A stretch of 64,000 nt of DNA, taken from the NCBI GenBank assembly GCA_039915165.1, contig JBDSNU010000018.1, positions 2,064 to 66,063 of the forward strand, in the 5' to 3' direction. This document shows, piece after piece, positions 1-9,356 of the stretch (positions within the stretch are counted from its first letter, which is position 1; each line of letters starts with the position of its first letter). The position numbers were made by a program, and so were the translations under genes. The stretch comes from Minisyncoccota bacterium. GTDB lineage: Bacteria; Patescibacteriota; Minisyncoccia; Phycocordibacterales; UBA9973. Below the pieces are notes generated by a model. That model searched no databases, had not been told where the DNA came from, and was given only the letters and a program-made list of their open reading frames with translations.

Positions 1-1527
1 TGTGCCGTGCTGCAAAAACGTTGCGTGCACACGACCATCTTCTTTGATATGTCCCAGCAATGCTTCAACATATGTTGTCAGCAATTTCTGAACTTCACGA
101 TATTCCAAAAGCATAGGGATGATAGGATGAGCATCGCGCAACTCCTCTAACTGTTCAGCATTAGTAGTAAATGCTCCACTAGCCTTCTGCTTCCCTTTTG
201 GCGCCAAGCCTAACGTTGTAAATAATAACTCTGAAAGCTGTTTCGGTGAATTAAGATTGATCTTCACCCCTGTTTCTTCAACAACTTTTTTCTCTATGCT
301 TTCAAGTGTTTCTTTCATTCGCACCTGCAGTGTCTGAAAATATTTTTCATCGATCAATATCCCGTAGCGTTCCATTTCTGAGATAATAGGAATCAGTGGT
401 TCTTCAATGTTTTCAAAAATCGGTAACAGATCTTTTTTCTTTAATTCAGCGGTAATCACTTCATCTGCTTGGGCCAGCGTTTTGGTATGAGTTCTTTCAA
501 GAATTACTTCGTAACTAGGGTTAGTATGTTCTGAGGAAATAACCCATAAACCAATAGAGGCTTTGCGTAAAAGATCTGGGTCAACAGCTTCTTTTGGTAC
601 CACTGTTTCAAAATGAAATACTCGTTTCGCGCGAGCGCTCAAACTTGAGAATTCATACTTAGCGATCAAATCCATCACCGCTGATTCATCAACACTTTCT
701 GCAAATGTTTTTTCTGGCAGCTCATAATTTATAGGCGCATCAAGACGAATGGTCGCCAATGTTTTTGAAAAGAATGCATCGTCTTTGTGGTCAATGAGAA
801 TATTGATAATGCGATCAGTTAATCCAGCTTTTTTGCCATTTGCACTATCTTTTTCTAATGCCGTATATAGTTTTTCAATTGAACCAAATTCTTGGATAAT
901 TGTTGTCGCTGTTTTTTCACCAATACCTGGCACGCCTATAATATTGTCAGATGGATCACCTCGCAATCCTTTGTAATCAATAAGCTGCAACGGCTTAAAT
1001 CCATAACGCTCAATCACTCCATCTTCATCATAAAGAATAGTATCAGTGATCCCCTTCTTCAACGTAAATACTTGTACTTTTTTGCCATCAACAAGTTGCA
1101 ACGTATCCATGTCTCCAGACGCAACAATAATCTGCAATTCTTTATTTGTTTTTAGTTGGGCGACTAATGTACCAAGCACGTCATCAGCTTCAAATCCTTC
1201 TGCATCCAACACGGGAATACCGAGCGCAGCAAAAACTTCACGTGAAGTTTTCAATTGTGCAATGAGATCATCTTCTGTTTTTGCACGACCAGCTTTGTAT
1301 TGATCATATGCTTGGTGACGAAATGTTGGCTTGGGTAAATCATATGCAGCAACAATGTAGTCAGGTTTCAATTCTTCGATGATACGAATGATCATTGAGA
1401 ATAATCCGTACAGCGCTCCAGTTGGTACACCAGCACTATTAGCAAAACTCGGTAGCGCGTGATACGCACGATGAATAATCGCATGTGAGTCGAGCAGTAC
1501 TACGGTTTTAATATCTTTCTTAGCCAT
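1..1527 (-). CDS. polA: DNA polymerase I, N-terminal 5'-3' exonuclease domain plus start of polymerase domain; C-terminus runs off the window start
   Basis: Manual translation of the minus strand from the ATG at 1525-1527 gives MAKKDIKTVVLLDSHAIIHRAYHALP...GDPSDNIIGVPGIGEKTA, matching the 5'-3' exonuclease/FEN fold motifs of Pol I. No stop before position 1. Confidence 0.85.
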   Translation of the reverse strand, partial: MAKKDIKTVVLLDSHAIIHRAYHALPSFANSAGVPTGALYGLFSMIIRIIEELKPDYIVAAYDLPKPTFRHQAYDQYKAGRAKTEDDLIAQLKTSREVFAALGIPVLDAEGFEADDVLGTLVAQLKTNKELQIIVASGDMDTLQLVDGKKVQVFTLKKGITDTILYDEDGVIERYGFKPLQLIDYKGLRGDPSDNIIGVPGIGEKTATTIIQEFGSIEKLYTALEKDSANGKKAGLTDRIINILIDHKDDAFFSKTLATIRLDAPINYELPEKTFAESVDESAVMDLIAKYEFSSLSARAKRVFHFETVVPKEAVDPDLLRKASIGLWVISSEHTNPSYEVILERTHTKTLAQADEVITAELKKKDLLPIFENIEEPLIPIISEMERYGILIDEKYFQTLQVRMKETLESIEKKVVEETGVKINLNSPKQLSELLFTTLGLAPKGKQKASGAFTTNAEQLEELRDAHPIIPMLLEYREVQKLLTTYVEALLGHIKEDGRVHATFLQHGT

Positions 1528-1528
1528 A

Positions 1529-1957
1529 TTAGAGTTTTTTGATAGTGCGCTGATCGCGATTATGAGTAATGAGTAAATGTTTTTTATTTGCAGGGAGTGC
1601 TGGTGTGATTTTTTCTGGCCATTCAACGATCACCAACGTCTTTGGTTGTTGAAGAATTTTTTCCCACCCCAATGGCCTCAGCTCATTTAAATCCTCAATG
1701 CGATATGCATCAATATGGACAAGGTGTTCGAAACCTTGTTTTGTTGGGGTGTAAAACTTAGCAATCACAAATGTTGGACTCACTACTGTTTCTGATACCC
1801 CCAGCTGAACTGCTAGTGTTTTGGTCAATGTTGTCTTCCCAGCACCGAGGTCTCCTTGTAGGGCCAACACTGTTGCCTCAACGTCCGAAGGGCTCAACAA
1901 TCCCAATACCTCTTCGGCAATTCCCTCAATATCACTTTCTGAGTACGTTCGTTCCAT
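1529..1957 (-). CDS. tsaE: tRNA threonylcarbamoyladenosine biosynthesis protein TsaE (YjeE-like P-loop ATPase)
   Basis: 142-aa ORF with Walker A motif GDLGAGKTTLTK and a conserved TsaE C-terminus. Confidence 0.8.
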   Translation of the reverse strand: MERTYSESDIEGIAEEVLGLLSPSDVEATVLALQGDLGAGKTTLTKTLAVQLGVSETVVSPTFVIAKFYTPTKQGFEHLVHIDAYRIEDLNELRPLGWEKILQQPKTLVIVEWPEKITPALPANKKHLLITHNRDQRTIKKL

Positions 1958-2000
1958 ACAGGGATTCTATCATATTCCAGGTCCTATAAGGCGGGTACGC

Positions 2001-2031
2001 AAAAACCCTCACGTTAGACGTGAGGGTTTTT
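2001..2031. terminator. Palindromic hairpin with flanking A/T runs (aaaaaccctcacg..cgtgagggttttt), bidirectional intrinsic terminator
   Basis: Perfect inverted repeat flanked by A5 and T6, between the tsaE start and the end of the 680-aa surface protein gene. Confidence 0.6.
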
Positions 2032-2049
2032 GGGAACTCAGTGTGCTAA

Positions 2050-4092
2050 TTAAGCGGTGCGCTGAGATTCGTTTTTCCGATAGAGCATACGAGCGAGAAC
2101 GATAAGAGCAAGGATGATCAAGATGAGGAGTAACCATCCTAACAATGTTGTAGGAAGAAATCCTCCGAAACCGAACACACTAGCACCAAGTACTGCAGGA
2201 CAGTCATTTGAAACTGTGATCAATGAATATGCAATAGCATTTTCTTGAGCGCGAGTAACTGGGTTTGTGTACACGATAGTTGCAGTAATTACTGCGAGCT
2301 TGCCTTGAACTGCTTCGCTGTTCACCTGTGCATGCACTGTTACTGATCCCTGTTCACCAGGCTGAACATCACCGAGGGCGATAGTCAGAGTACGATCTGT
2401 AACTGAGTAGTCACCACGTGAGCCAGAAGCATATGTTAGTTCTCCTGGGAATGTAATTCGAAGGATACTATTTTGCAATTGCTGACCACTGATGTTTTGG
2501 TAAGTCACTGTGTAATCAACTGTACCGCCGATACACATGTGATCAAAACTACTATCTACTTGAAGTTTGAACAATGATGCCTGACTGTTTGCTACGATTC
2601 CAGTGTTAGCTGAACGAACCACTGTTTGTGAGTGAACAACGCGTACTGGTGGAACGTATACACTACTACTTGGAGTACTGAATGGTACTACTGCACCGTA
2701 AGCAATACCTGATTGGTTTTGCACTACAGCACGGTAATAATATGTACGTGATCCTGATAATCCACCAATAGTTGAACTATATGGGGATGTACCTGTACCA
2801 GTTACATTTTGAGCATCTGAACGATTGCCGAGAGCTGTACTTGATCCGTATTCGAACCATGCACTTGCTGTACCATATGTATTATTTGGAACTGCAATAC
2901 CGTTAAGTTGTGCAGAATATGAACTTAATACACTTGCTACAGTTGTAATAGCTTGTGGCTGTTGAACATTATTTGTTGGACCTGGGTTATACACTACTGG
3001 CTGATTTACAGTTACGTAAACAGACTGTGATGTATTGTTACAATTGTTACCACTTAATGAAAGTGAGTAGCTAGTTGAACTATAAGGACTGATTGATAAT
3101 GATCCACTAGACTGACGTGAGCCAAATCCTGAGATGTATACACTATCTGCACCAGAAGTATTCCAGTGAAGTGTTGTAGTCTGCCCCTGTGAAATGCTGT
3201 TACTATCTACATAGAATGAATTGATAGTACAGTTATTAGTATTGCCTCCACAGTTACTAGTACATCCTCCGTCGTTGTTAGTTACAGTAACAGTTCGTGT
3301 TGCTGTAGCTCCGCCAGGGAATGCTGTAAGTGTGTAAGTACGAGTACTGTTAGGAGTAACTACCTTAGTATCAGTAGGATTCAAATTGCTTCCCACAGTA
3401 CTACCAAGCGCAGTAATGTTTACATACTGACAGTTTGTAGTATTCCATGACAGAGTACTTGAGTTACCATTCACAATTGTATTTGGATTTGCATCAAATG
3501 CATTGATAGCACATGTTTGTGCAGGTGGAGTAACAATTGTTTCGCCGTTTACTTTGAAACGAACAACCAATACACCTTGCTGGCCCGCAGAAAGATTTCC
3601 GATTGGAAAACCTCCACCAAACAACTGGTCAGTATTAACAGGCTGTGGAGCACCATTAGCACTTGAGTACCAGTCAGCTTGGTAAGCACCATTCTGAGGC
3701 ATGTTAGTAATAGTAGTGTCTTGTGACAAAGTCACAGTTGCTGTACCAGTTGCTCGAGGAGCATTTGTTGCAGCTACGCCACCGTTGAAGGTTACGTGTG
3801 TTCCACTACGTGAAGGCTGCACACCGAGTTTAACGTCAGTAGCAGTTTGATCACCAGTGTTTTTGAAGTACAAGTGCACAGCGATCATGTCGCCAGGTTG
3901 TGCAGTTGTACTTGATTTCCAACATCCATCGATTGAACCGAAGTTACAAGGCTGGGTTGTTGCGTTAGTTACAGTAACAGTAGACATTTGTCCTGGAGAG
4001 TTCAAGCTAGCAGCAGCAAAAGCCGTAGTGCTAAACAAGGCAACTCCGATGACCAATGTCAGTGTTGATATAATAAATTTTTTCATACTCAT
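2050..4092 (-). CDS. Large cell-surface protein (680 aa) with signal peptide, tandem ~75-aa Ig-like beta-sandwich modules and a C-terminal hydrophobic anchor
   Basis: N-terminal signal MSMKKFIISTLTLVIGVALFSTTAFAAAS. Repeated modules of the form C-x-I-N-x-F...TL-W-T...ISG...YTLT. C-terminal TM LLGWLLLILIILALIVLARMLYRK. Confidence 0.6.
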   Translation of the reverse strand: MSMKKFIISTLTLVIGVALFSTTAFAAASLNSPGQMSTVTVTNATTQPCNFGSIDGCWKSSTTAQPGDMIAVHLYFKNTGDQTATDVKLGVQPSRSGTHVTFNGGVAATNAPRATGTATVTLSQDTTITNMPQNGAYQADWYSSANGAPQPVNTDQLFGGGFPIGNLSAGQQGVLVVRFKVNGETIVTPPAQTCAINAFDANPNTIVNGNSSTLSWNTTNCQYVNITALGSTVGSNLNPTDTKVVTPNSTRTYTLTAFPGGATATRTVTVTNNDGGCTSNCGGNTNNCTINSFYVDSNSISQGQTTTLHWNTSGADSVYISGFGSRQSSGSLSISPYSSTSYSLSLSGNNCNNTSQSVYVTVNQPVVYNPGPTNNVQQPQAITTVASVLSSYSAQLNGIAVPNNTYGTASAWFEYGSSTALGNRSDAQNVTGTGTSPYSSTIGGLSGSRTYYYRAVVQNQSGIAYGAVVPFSTPSSSVYVPPVRVVHSQTVVRSANTGIVANSQASLFKLQVDSSFDHMCIGGTVDYTVTYQNISGQQLQNSILRITFPGELTYASGSRGDYSVTDRTLTIALGDVQPGEQGSVTVHAQVNSEAVQGKLAVITATIVYTNPVTRAQENAIAYSLITVSNDCPAVLGASVFGFGGFLPTTLLGWLLLILIILALIVLARMLYRKNESQRTA

Positions 4093-4157
4093 CTTTTCTC
4101 TTTCTCTTTTAATAAATTACTCTTCGGCACCCTATCCGACGATACGGTGCTCAAGAA

Positions 4158-4195
4158 TAAAGGAAACGACATTCATATAAATGATATCGTTTCCT
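4158..4195 (-). terminator. Hairpin (aggaaacga...tcgtttcct) followed by a U-rich tract on the minus-strand transcript
   Basis: Inverted repeat 30 nt downstream of the end of the 349-aa gene. Confidence 0.4.
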
Positions 4196-4224
4196 GGGTT
4201 TTTTGAAAATAGAACCAACTTAGA

Positions 4225-5274
4225 TCACCACGTTTGTGAACCTCCTGATCCACCACTTGCTCCCGAACCATCTGAGCCGCCCTGGAAACCATTGTTGTAA
4301 CTACCACCACCACCTGCTCCTGATCCATGACCATTGAAGAAGATTAATTTGGTAAGCACTCCTACAACTACAGCAGCGCCAGTCACAATACCTACATTTC
4401 TCAATGTATGGTTAGGTTTTTTAACAACCATACCAGTTGCATTGGGATTCAGTACTGCGATAGTAACTGTAGCTGTTTTACCAGAGCTGGTAGTCAGCGT
4501 GTACGTAGTGGTCTGAGTAGGATTAACAGCTAAGTCACCGCTTCCAGGTTGCACTGATGCAAAACCTGAAATGGTTACAGATTGACAAGAAGTTTTCCAA
4601 CTAAGGATTATTTCCTGACCTGGACCATACGATGTTTGCGGTACAGCAGTAAACAAGAAAATGTCGCAGCCAGCTGGTTGCTGTTGCTGATAGGTTACTT
4701 GTCTCACTGGTTGTTGTTCAACTTGGCGATACCCGGTAGTTTGTGTTACCTGCCTCAATACGTTTCCGCAATTGGCACGGCTTTTTGCAGTAGCTCCTGT
4801 TTGAATGTTTGTAATAGTAGCAATTAGGTACTGCTTGTTGGGATAAGGAAGATTAAGTTTAAATTTCCTCGGATCCCCCCAATGTAACTGGTTGTCCTGG
4901 CCATCTATAAGATAGCTATCTTCCCAGTTGTCCCACCAAGAACCGCTTACTATTTCATACGTAACACTGTACATTTCAGGATGACTAGGATCAAACTGTT
5001 CTCCCATTTGACGAGATATCTCAGCATTGGTAATGCTAATTATTTCGTCACAAGAGATTTGATCTAAGGCTCTGAAGATACGGTGTTTTTGCTCGTAGCT
5101 ACCAAACATACCGTAGTAATAATTGTATTTTACTCTTTCGAGGTTTTCCTCGTGTTGTACGTATGTTATAAACATACCACTTCCCATTGCAGTTTGTGCA
5201 AAAGTGGGCGTAATGTATGTGAAGCTCAATACTATGAGCATCCACACTAAGTTAATTTTCTTTTTCATAGTCAA
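4225..5274 (-). CDS. Secreted/membrane-anchored protein (349 aa) with one Ig-like module shared with the upstream 680-aa protein and a Gly-rich C-terminal tail after a TM helix
   Basis: Signal peptide MTMKKKINLVWMLIVLSFTYITPTFAQ. Module CDIFLFTAVPQTSYGPGQEIILSWKTSCQSVTISGF...YTLT. C-terminal TM plus GGGGS-rich tail. Confidence 0.55.
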   Translation of the reverse strand: MTMKKKINLVWMLIVLSFTYITPTFAQTAMGSGMFITYVQHEENLERVKYNYYYGMFGSYEQKHRIFRALDQISCDEIISITNAEISRQMGEQFDPSHPEMYSVTYEIVSGSWWDNWEDSYLIDGQDNQLHWGDPRKFKLNLPYPNKQYLIATITNIQTGATAKSRANCGNVLRQVTQTTGYRQVEQQPVRQVTYQQQQPAGCDIFLFTAVPQTSYGPGQEIILSWKTSCQSVTISGFASVQPGSGDLAVNPTQTTTYTLTTSSGKTATVTIAVLNPNATGMVVKKPNHTLRNVGIVTGAAVVVGVLTKLIFFNGHGSGAGGGGSYNNGFQGGSDGSGASGGSGGSQTW

Positions 5275-5413
5275 TGAGCAGTTTTTAAAGTGAATTTTTT
5301 CCTTTTTGATTTAGTAGTATCTTAGCATGACTTGACCTATTTGTCAAGCGGTGTTGCTATCTTATTTACATTGTCGCTATTTTTACTTACTTACCATGAC
5401 AAAGGCTTCATTA

Positions 5414-5442
5414 TTGACATTTTGTCAATAATCTGATATAAA
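5414..5442 (+). promoter_or_regulatory. Sigma70-like promoter (TTGACA-17 bp-TATAAA) for the downstream lipoprotein gene, embedded in a 10-bp inverted repeat
   Basis: ttgaca at 5414-5419, 17-bp spacer, tataaa at 5437-5442. The -35 box sits in the perfect palindrome attattgaca-ttt-tgtcaataat. Confidence 0.4.
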
Positions 5443-5481
5443 GCGGTTAAATTACATTCACAAAAAAATAAATTAAAGCTT

Positions 5482-6681
5482 ATGAAAAGAATACTATTTC
5501 TGTGTATCATCACAGTGTGTGTATCATGCACACCAAAGCTCGTAGAACCAGCTTATACTCCCCCTCCAACTCATAAACCAACAGGCAAAGAACCTGTTAT
5601 GGTGATCGAGTCTCAGCTTATCCTTCATCCAGTCAAAGATATTGCCGCTGGTGATAATGGAAAGAATTACAATTTTTTCTATGATTACGGTAAGCGGTAT
5701 CTGCATATGACAGACGAGGACGAGACAGCAGCAGCTATTCGCAAATTTTTGCCTGAGTACATTACGGCTGATTCAATTGGTCGTGGCGTAAACCTGCAAT
5801 CGGCAGCGATATCCCCTTTTTCCAGTTTTACTGATCTAGTGAAAGACAAGATCACAAAAACAAAAGGCGTTGATTTCAGTACCATTAACATGTATCAATT
5901 TGCTAAATCCTTTAACGTTGATCTAGTAAGAAATAACCAGGGGGCAATGGAGGCGTTGTTAAAAATGCTTACTCCGAGTGAAACACGTGGATCATTTGTT
6001 AGTATCACTCCAGGCCGTACACCGATTTATGGGGTGCAAGGATTGTTGCTGAATCATCCGATCAAAAACATGATTAAAGGTGTTGATGGCAAGGAATGGT
6101 ATTTCTTTTTAGACAGAACTAGCCATTGTATTTTTATTACCGATGATGCAACATTGTATCAAAAAATTGTTGCCGTGCTTCCTATCGAAGCTGTGTACAA
6201 AAATGCTGTAGTTATGCAAGGGATTACTATTGAACCATTGGTGTTCTTCAGTGACTCTACACGTACAGCGATGGAAAAGGATCAAGGACTAGAATTAAAC
6301 GGTGGCGGTTCAAACACTGACAACAAAACAATAAATAATTATGACATCGCTGTTATAGAAAATTGTTCAATGGTTATTGATTATCCTGGAGTAATAACTA
6401 CTTTAAGAAAAAAATTGGGAGTAGCGTCACGCGTTACAAATACGACGGCTCCAACTTTTGGACAAAAAAGTTTTACAACTCCTGGATATGTACGGCCACC
6501 CAGTTCAAGTGCTATACCCCTCCCCCCGCCTCCGGCAAAGGTTGATCAGGATACACAGGAATATGAGACTCCTCCTCCAACCAACTCTAACCGGCGCTCT
6601 AAAGGAAATGTACCCGCTCCAAAAAAAACCGGGTATACCCCTCCTACTACTCCGCCGCCTTCATCGAGCGGTCGTCCTTAA
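5482..6681 (+). CDS. Lipoprotein (399 aa) with a Pro/Thr-rich C-terminus
   Basis: Lipobox-type signal MKRILFLCIITVCVSC. C-terminus PLPPPPAKV...TPPTTPPPSSSGRP. Confidence 0.55.
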   Translation: MKRILFLCIITVCVSCTPKLVEPAYTPPPTHKPTGKEPVMVIESQLILHPVKDIAAGDNGKNYNFFYDYGKRYLHMTDEDETAAAIRKFLPEYITADSIGRGVNLQSAAISPFSSFTDLVKDKITKTKGVDFSTINMYQFAKSFNVDLVRNNQGAMEALLKMLTPSETRGSFVSITPGRTPIYGVQGLLLNHPIKNMIKGVDGKEWYFFLDRTSHCIFITDDATLYQKIVAVLPIEAVYKNAVVMQGITIEPLVFFSDSTRTAMEKDQGLELNGGGSNTDNKTINNYDIAVIENCSMVIDYPGVITTLRKKLGVASRVTNTTAPTFGQKSFTTPGYVRPPSSSAIPLPPPPAKVDQDTQEYETPPPTNSNRRSKGNVPAPKKTGYTPPTTPPPSSSGRP

Positions 6682-6699
6682 GTACGCATTACTTAATTT

Positions 6700-6731
6700 A
6701 ACCCCCATATCCCAAAGATACGGGGGTTTTT
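6700..6731 (+). terminator. Rho-independent terminator (aaccccc...gggggttttt)
   Basis: GC stem followed by a T-run immediately after the lipoprotein stop. Confidence 0.6.
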
Positions 6732-6732
6732 C

Positions 6733-8451
6733 ATGTATACTATAGCCATGGTTCAGTTTGACGAAAGTGATCAACTCAAAAGAATAACAAATCTCCGTGA
6801 AGAAGAAGAGGAAGAAGTTGTAGCAATGCTCGCTCAACAACAGTATGGATTGCAATATACCAACCTCATCTCACAATCAATCGACAATGATGCAATTCGC
6901 CTGCTTACCGAAGAACAAGCACGAACATTTGACGTAGGTCCCTACAAATTGATCGACAAAAAACTTTTCTTAGCGGTACGTTCTCCAAATGCCGATGGCG
7001 CGATCAAAGCAAAAGAGTTGATCGAAGGAGAAGGGTATGAAGTACTATTTGTCATGACCAGCGAAAAAAGTATTGAAAAAGTATGGACTCACTACAAAGA
7101 CCTCTCATATGCTACTCGTTCACGCGCAGGGGGTCTCGATGTTTCTCCTGATGTATTACTCAACCTTAGTCAGACAGTGAAAACAATGGAAGACGCCATG
7201 AAAGTAATTACTGATGCGGTGAATGAAAGTAGTACTGTGCACCACCTGTCGCGTATTTTAGAAATTATCCTTGGGGCAGGGATTGGTATTGGCGCATCTG
7301 ATGTACACGTAGAACCAATGCAAGATGAAGTTGAAATCCGTTTTCGTTTAGATGGAGTACTTCATATCATCACAAAGGTAAATTTCGATACATATAAACA
7401 AATCAATACGCGTATTAAATTATTGTCTGGCTTGAAATTAACTATTAATTCAGTTCCCCAGGATGGACGTTTCAGTGCATTTCTTGGGACAGATGAAATT
7501 AGTTTTCGTACATCAATGATCCCAGGAGCATACGGTGAATCCATTGTGCTTCGTATCTTGAATCCAAAATCCATCCGAGTACAACTTGATGCGCTCGGTA
7601 TTTCTGCGCCACTGTTTGATATTTTTATGAAAGGTATTACCAAGCCAAACGGTATGGTACTACTGACTGGCCCGACAGGTTCCGGTAAAACAACAACACT
7701 GTACGCATTTTTGCAAAAAGTATTTAGTCCGGAATTAAAAATTATTACTATTGAAGATCCTATTGAATACCATCTTGCTGGTATCACACAAACACAAGTA
7801 GATCATAAAAAAGGATATACATTCTTGGAAGGCTTGCGTTCAGCGCTTCGTCAGGATCCGGACATTATCATGGTGGGAGAAATCCGTGATTCAGAAACAG
7901 CGAAGATTGCAGTTGAGTCTGCGTTGACGGGCCACATTGTGTTCTCAACACTTCACACCAATAATGCTTCCGGGGTGATTCCACGTTTGATCGACCTCGA
8001 TGTTAATCCAAAGATTTTAGTATCAGCGCTTTCTCTTTCAATTGCACAACGTTTGGTTCGTGTGCTTTGTAAAAACTGTAAGTATGAACGACCAATTACT
8101 CCAGAAGAAAAAGCGACTGTTGATATGGTCTGGAATGATGCCGTAGCGAATGGTAAAAACATGGACCAGTTCGGTGTACATCGAGACGTAACAACAGTGT
8201 GGGCAGCTCAAGGTTGTGAAGTTTGCGGCATGACAGGATATAAAGGACGACTGGGTGTTTTTGAAGTAGTAGAAATGGACGCCAATATCGAACACATTAT
8301 TCTTGCCAACCCTACTGAACGCGACATCAAAGCAATAGCCGACAAACAAGGCACCCTCGACATGCGCGAAGACGGTATCATCAAAATCTTACAAGGAATC
8401 ACCGACTTCGCGGAGCTGGCTTCTGTGGTGGACCTGAGCGAAAGAAAATAA
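6733..8451 (+). CDS. pilB: Type II/IV secretion system ATPase (GspE/PilB family), likely type IV pilus assembly ATPase
   Basis: GspE N-terminal domain. Walker A LLTGPTGSGKTTTL, Asp box, His box. C-terminal tetracysteine motif CKNCKY...CEVCGMTGYKGR. Confidence 0.85.
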   Translation: MYTIAMVQFDESDQLKRITNLREEEEEEVVAMLAQQQYGLQYTNLISQSIDNDAIRLLTEEQARTFDVGPYKLIDKKLFLAVRSPNADGAIKAKELIEGEGYEVLFVMTSEKSIEKVWTHYKDLSYATRSRAGGLDVSPDVLLNLSQTVKTMEDAMKVITDAVNESSTVHHLSRILEIILGAGIGIGASDVHVEPMQDEVEIRFRLDGVLHIITKVNFDTYKQINTRIKLLSGLKLTINSVPQDGRFSAFLGTDEISFRTSMIPGAYGESIVLRILNPKSIRVQLDALGISAPLFDIFMKGITKPNGMVLLTGPTGSGKTTTLYAFLQKVFSPELKIITIEDPIEYHLAGITQTQVDHKKGYTFLEGLRSALRQDPDIIMVGEIRDSETAKIAVESALTGHIVFSTLHTNNASGVIPRLIDLDVNPKILVSALSLSIAQRLVRVLCKNCKYERPITPEEKATVDMVWNDAVANGKNMDQFGVHRDVTTVWAAQGCEVCGMTGYKGRLGVFEVVEMDANIEHIILANPTERDIKAIADKQGTLDMREDGIIKILQGITDFAELASVVDLSERK

Positions 8452-8456
8452 AGATT

Positions 8457-8485
8457 TAATAAATGGGGTCTGACCCTATTTATTT
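8457..8485. repeat. REP-like palindromic element copy 1 (aaatggggtctgaccctattt)
   Basis: Near-perfect palindrome. Two further copies at 9047-9071 and 17401-17429. Read in frame it encodes the spurious N-terminal MGSDP of the ORF called at 8463. Confidence 0.55.
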
Positions 8486-8516
8486 TTTCTTGAACGCCGT
8501 GTGCCAGAATAGATAC

Positions 8517-9080
8517 ATGGCAAGAAAACTAAGAGATAATTCAGGCGATCAATACTATCATATTATCAATCGTGCAAATGCACGTTTTAATATATTTAGA
8601 GATAGTAGTGATTATCAACTTTTTGAAAATGTCTTAATGGAAAGTCTCAGGAGATTTGAAATAAAACTTCTTACTCACAATATTTTATATAATCACTTTC
8701 ATTTTGTTTTGTATGTATATAAAGATGCTGAGATATCACGTTTTATGCACTGGCTTTCAACAGTTTTTATTTTGCGGTGGCACCAAAAACATCAATCTGT
8801 AGGAACAGGTCATCTGTTCCAAGGAAGATATAGATCATTTCCTATTAAAAATGAGCGCCATTTATTACAAGTACTTATCTACGTAGATAGTAATGCGGTA
8901 GCGGCTGGACTTGTTGAAAACGCCCAGGAGTGGCGATGGTCAGCTATCTGGATAAAAATAAATGGTAACTCTGAGCAAAAGAAAATGCTTGCTGAATGGC
9001 CTATAGATGTTCCTTTAGATTATCTCTACTTAGTAAATAAAAATAAAGAAATGGGGTCAGACCCCACTGGTTTAGAATAA
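8517..9080 (+). CDS. REP-associated tyrosine transposase (RAYT) / IS200-like Y1 HUH transposase
   Basis: HUH motif NHFHFVLYV. C-terminal catalytic helix LIYVDSNAVAAGLVENAQEWRWSAI, the Y..NPV.AGLV...W.WSS pattern of IS200/RAYT proteins. Flanked by REP palindromes. Confidence 0.75.
   Translation: MARKLRDNSGDQYYHIINRANARFNIFRDSSDYQLFENVLMESLRRFEIKLLTHNILYNHFHFVLYVYKDAEISRFMHWLSTVFILRWHQKHQSVGTGHLFQGRYRSFPIKNERHLLQVLIYVDSNAVAAGLVENAQEWRWSAIWIKINGNSEQKKMLAEWPIDVPLDYLYLVNKNKEMGSDPTGLE
9047..9071. repeat. REP-like palindromic element copy 2 (aaatggggtcagaccccact)
   Basis: Same core as copies 1 and 3 with the centre flipped (tc/ag). Confidence 0.55.
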
Positions 9081-9109
9081 AAACACCGAGACAGTGTCTC
9101 GGTGTTTTT
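9080..9109 (+). terminator. Intrinsic terminator (aaaacaccgagacagtgtctcggtgttttt)
   Basis: Perfect palindrome with flanking A/T runs directly after the RAYT stop. Confidence 0.6.
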
Positions 9110-9356
9110 ATAGTTTTGCTTATATTGTTTTTAATCAATAACGGTTTTTACAAAAAAATTCACTAATCTCTAAACAGTCCTTATACGTGCGTTGACGTAT
9201 AAGTAAAGCATGATTATAGGATGGCTCCAGTCGGAACCAAAACGTCCTGCGCAAACACTTAGAACCTGTGGCTGACTGCTTAGAGATTAGTACGCTCTTT
9301 TGTAGTAGAATGTAGTTGTTATTGATCTAGTAATAGGATAGCATAGATAACAACTT

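Larger units (their letters stand above)
8457..9071 (+). mobile_element. REP-RAYT-REP unit: an IS200-like tyrosine transposase gene bracketed by two copies of the palindrome
   Basis: Copy 1 at 8457-8485 upstream; copy 2 at 9047-9071 overlapping the 3' end of the CDS. Confidence 0.5.

Noticed and set aside
4030-4092. LPxTG sortase signal in the 680-aa surface protein
   Set aside because: The C-terminus has LPTTL followed by a TM helix, but no canonical LPxTG plus basic tail. Not called a sortase substrate.
8463-8516. N-terminal extension MGSDPIYFFLNAVCQNRY of the transposase ORF
   Set aside because: It is the in-frame translation of the REP palindrome (atggggtctgaccc = MGSDP). The true start is the ATG at 8517.
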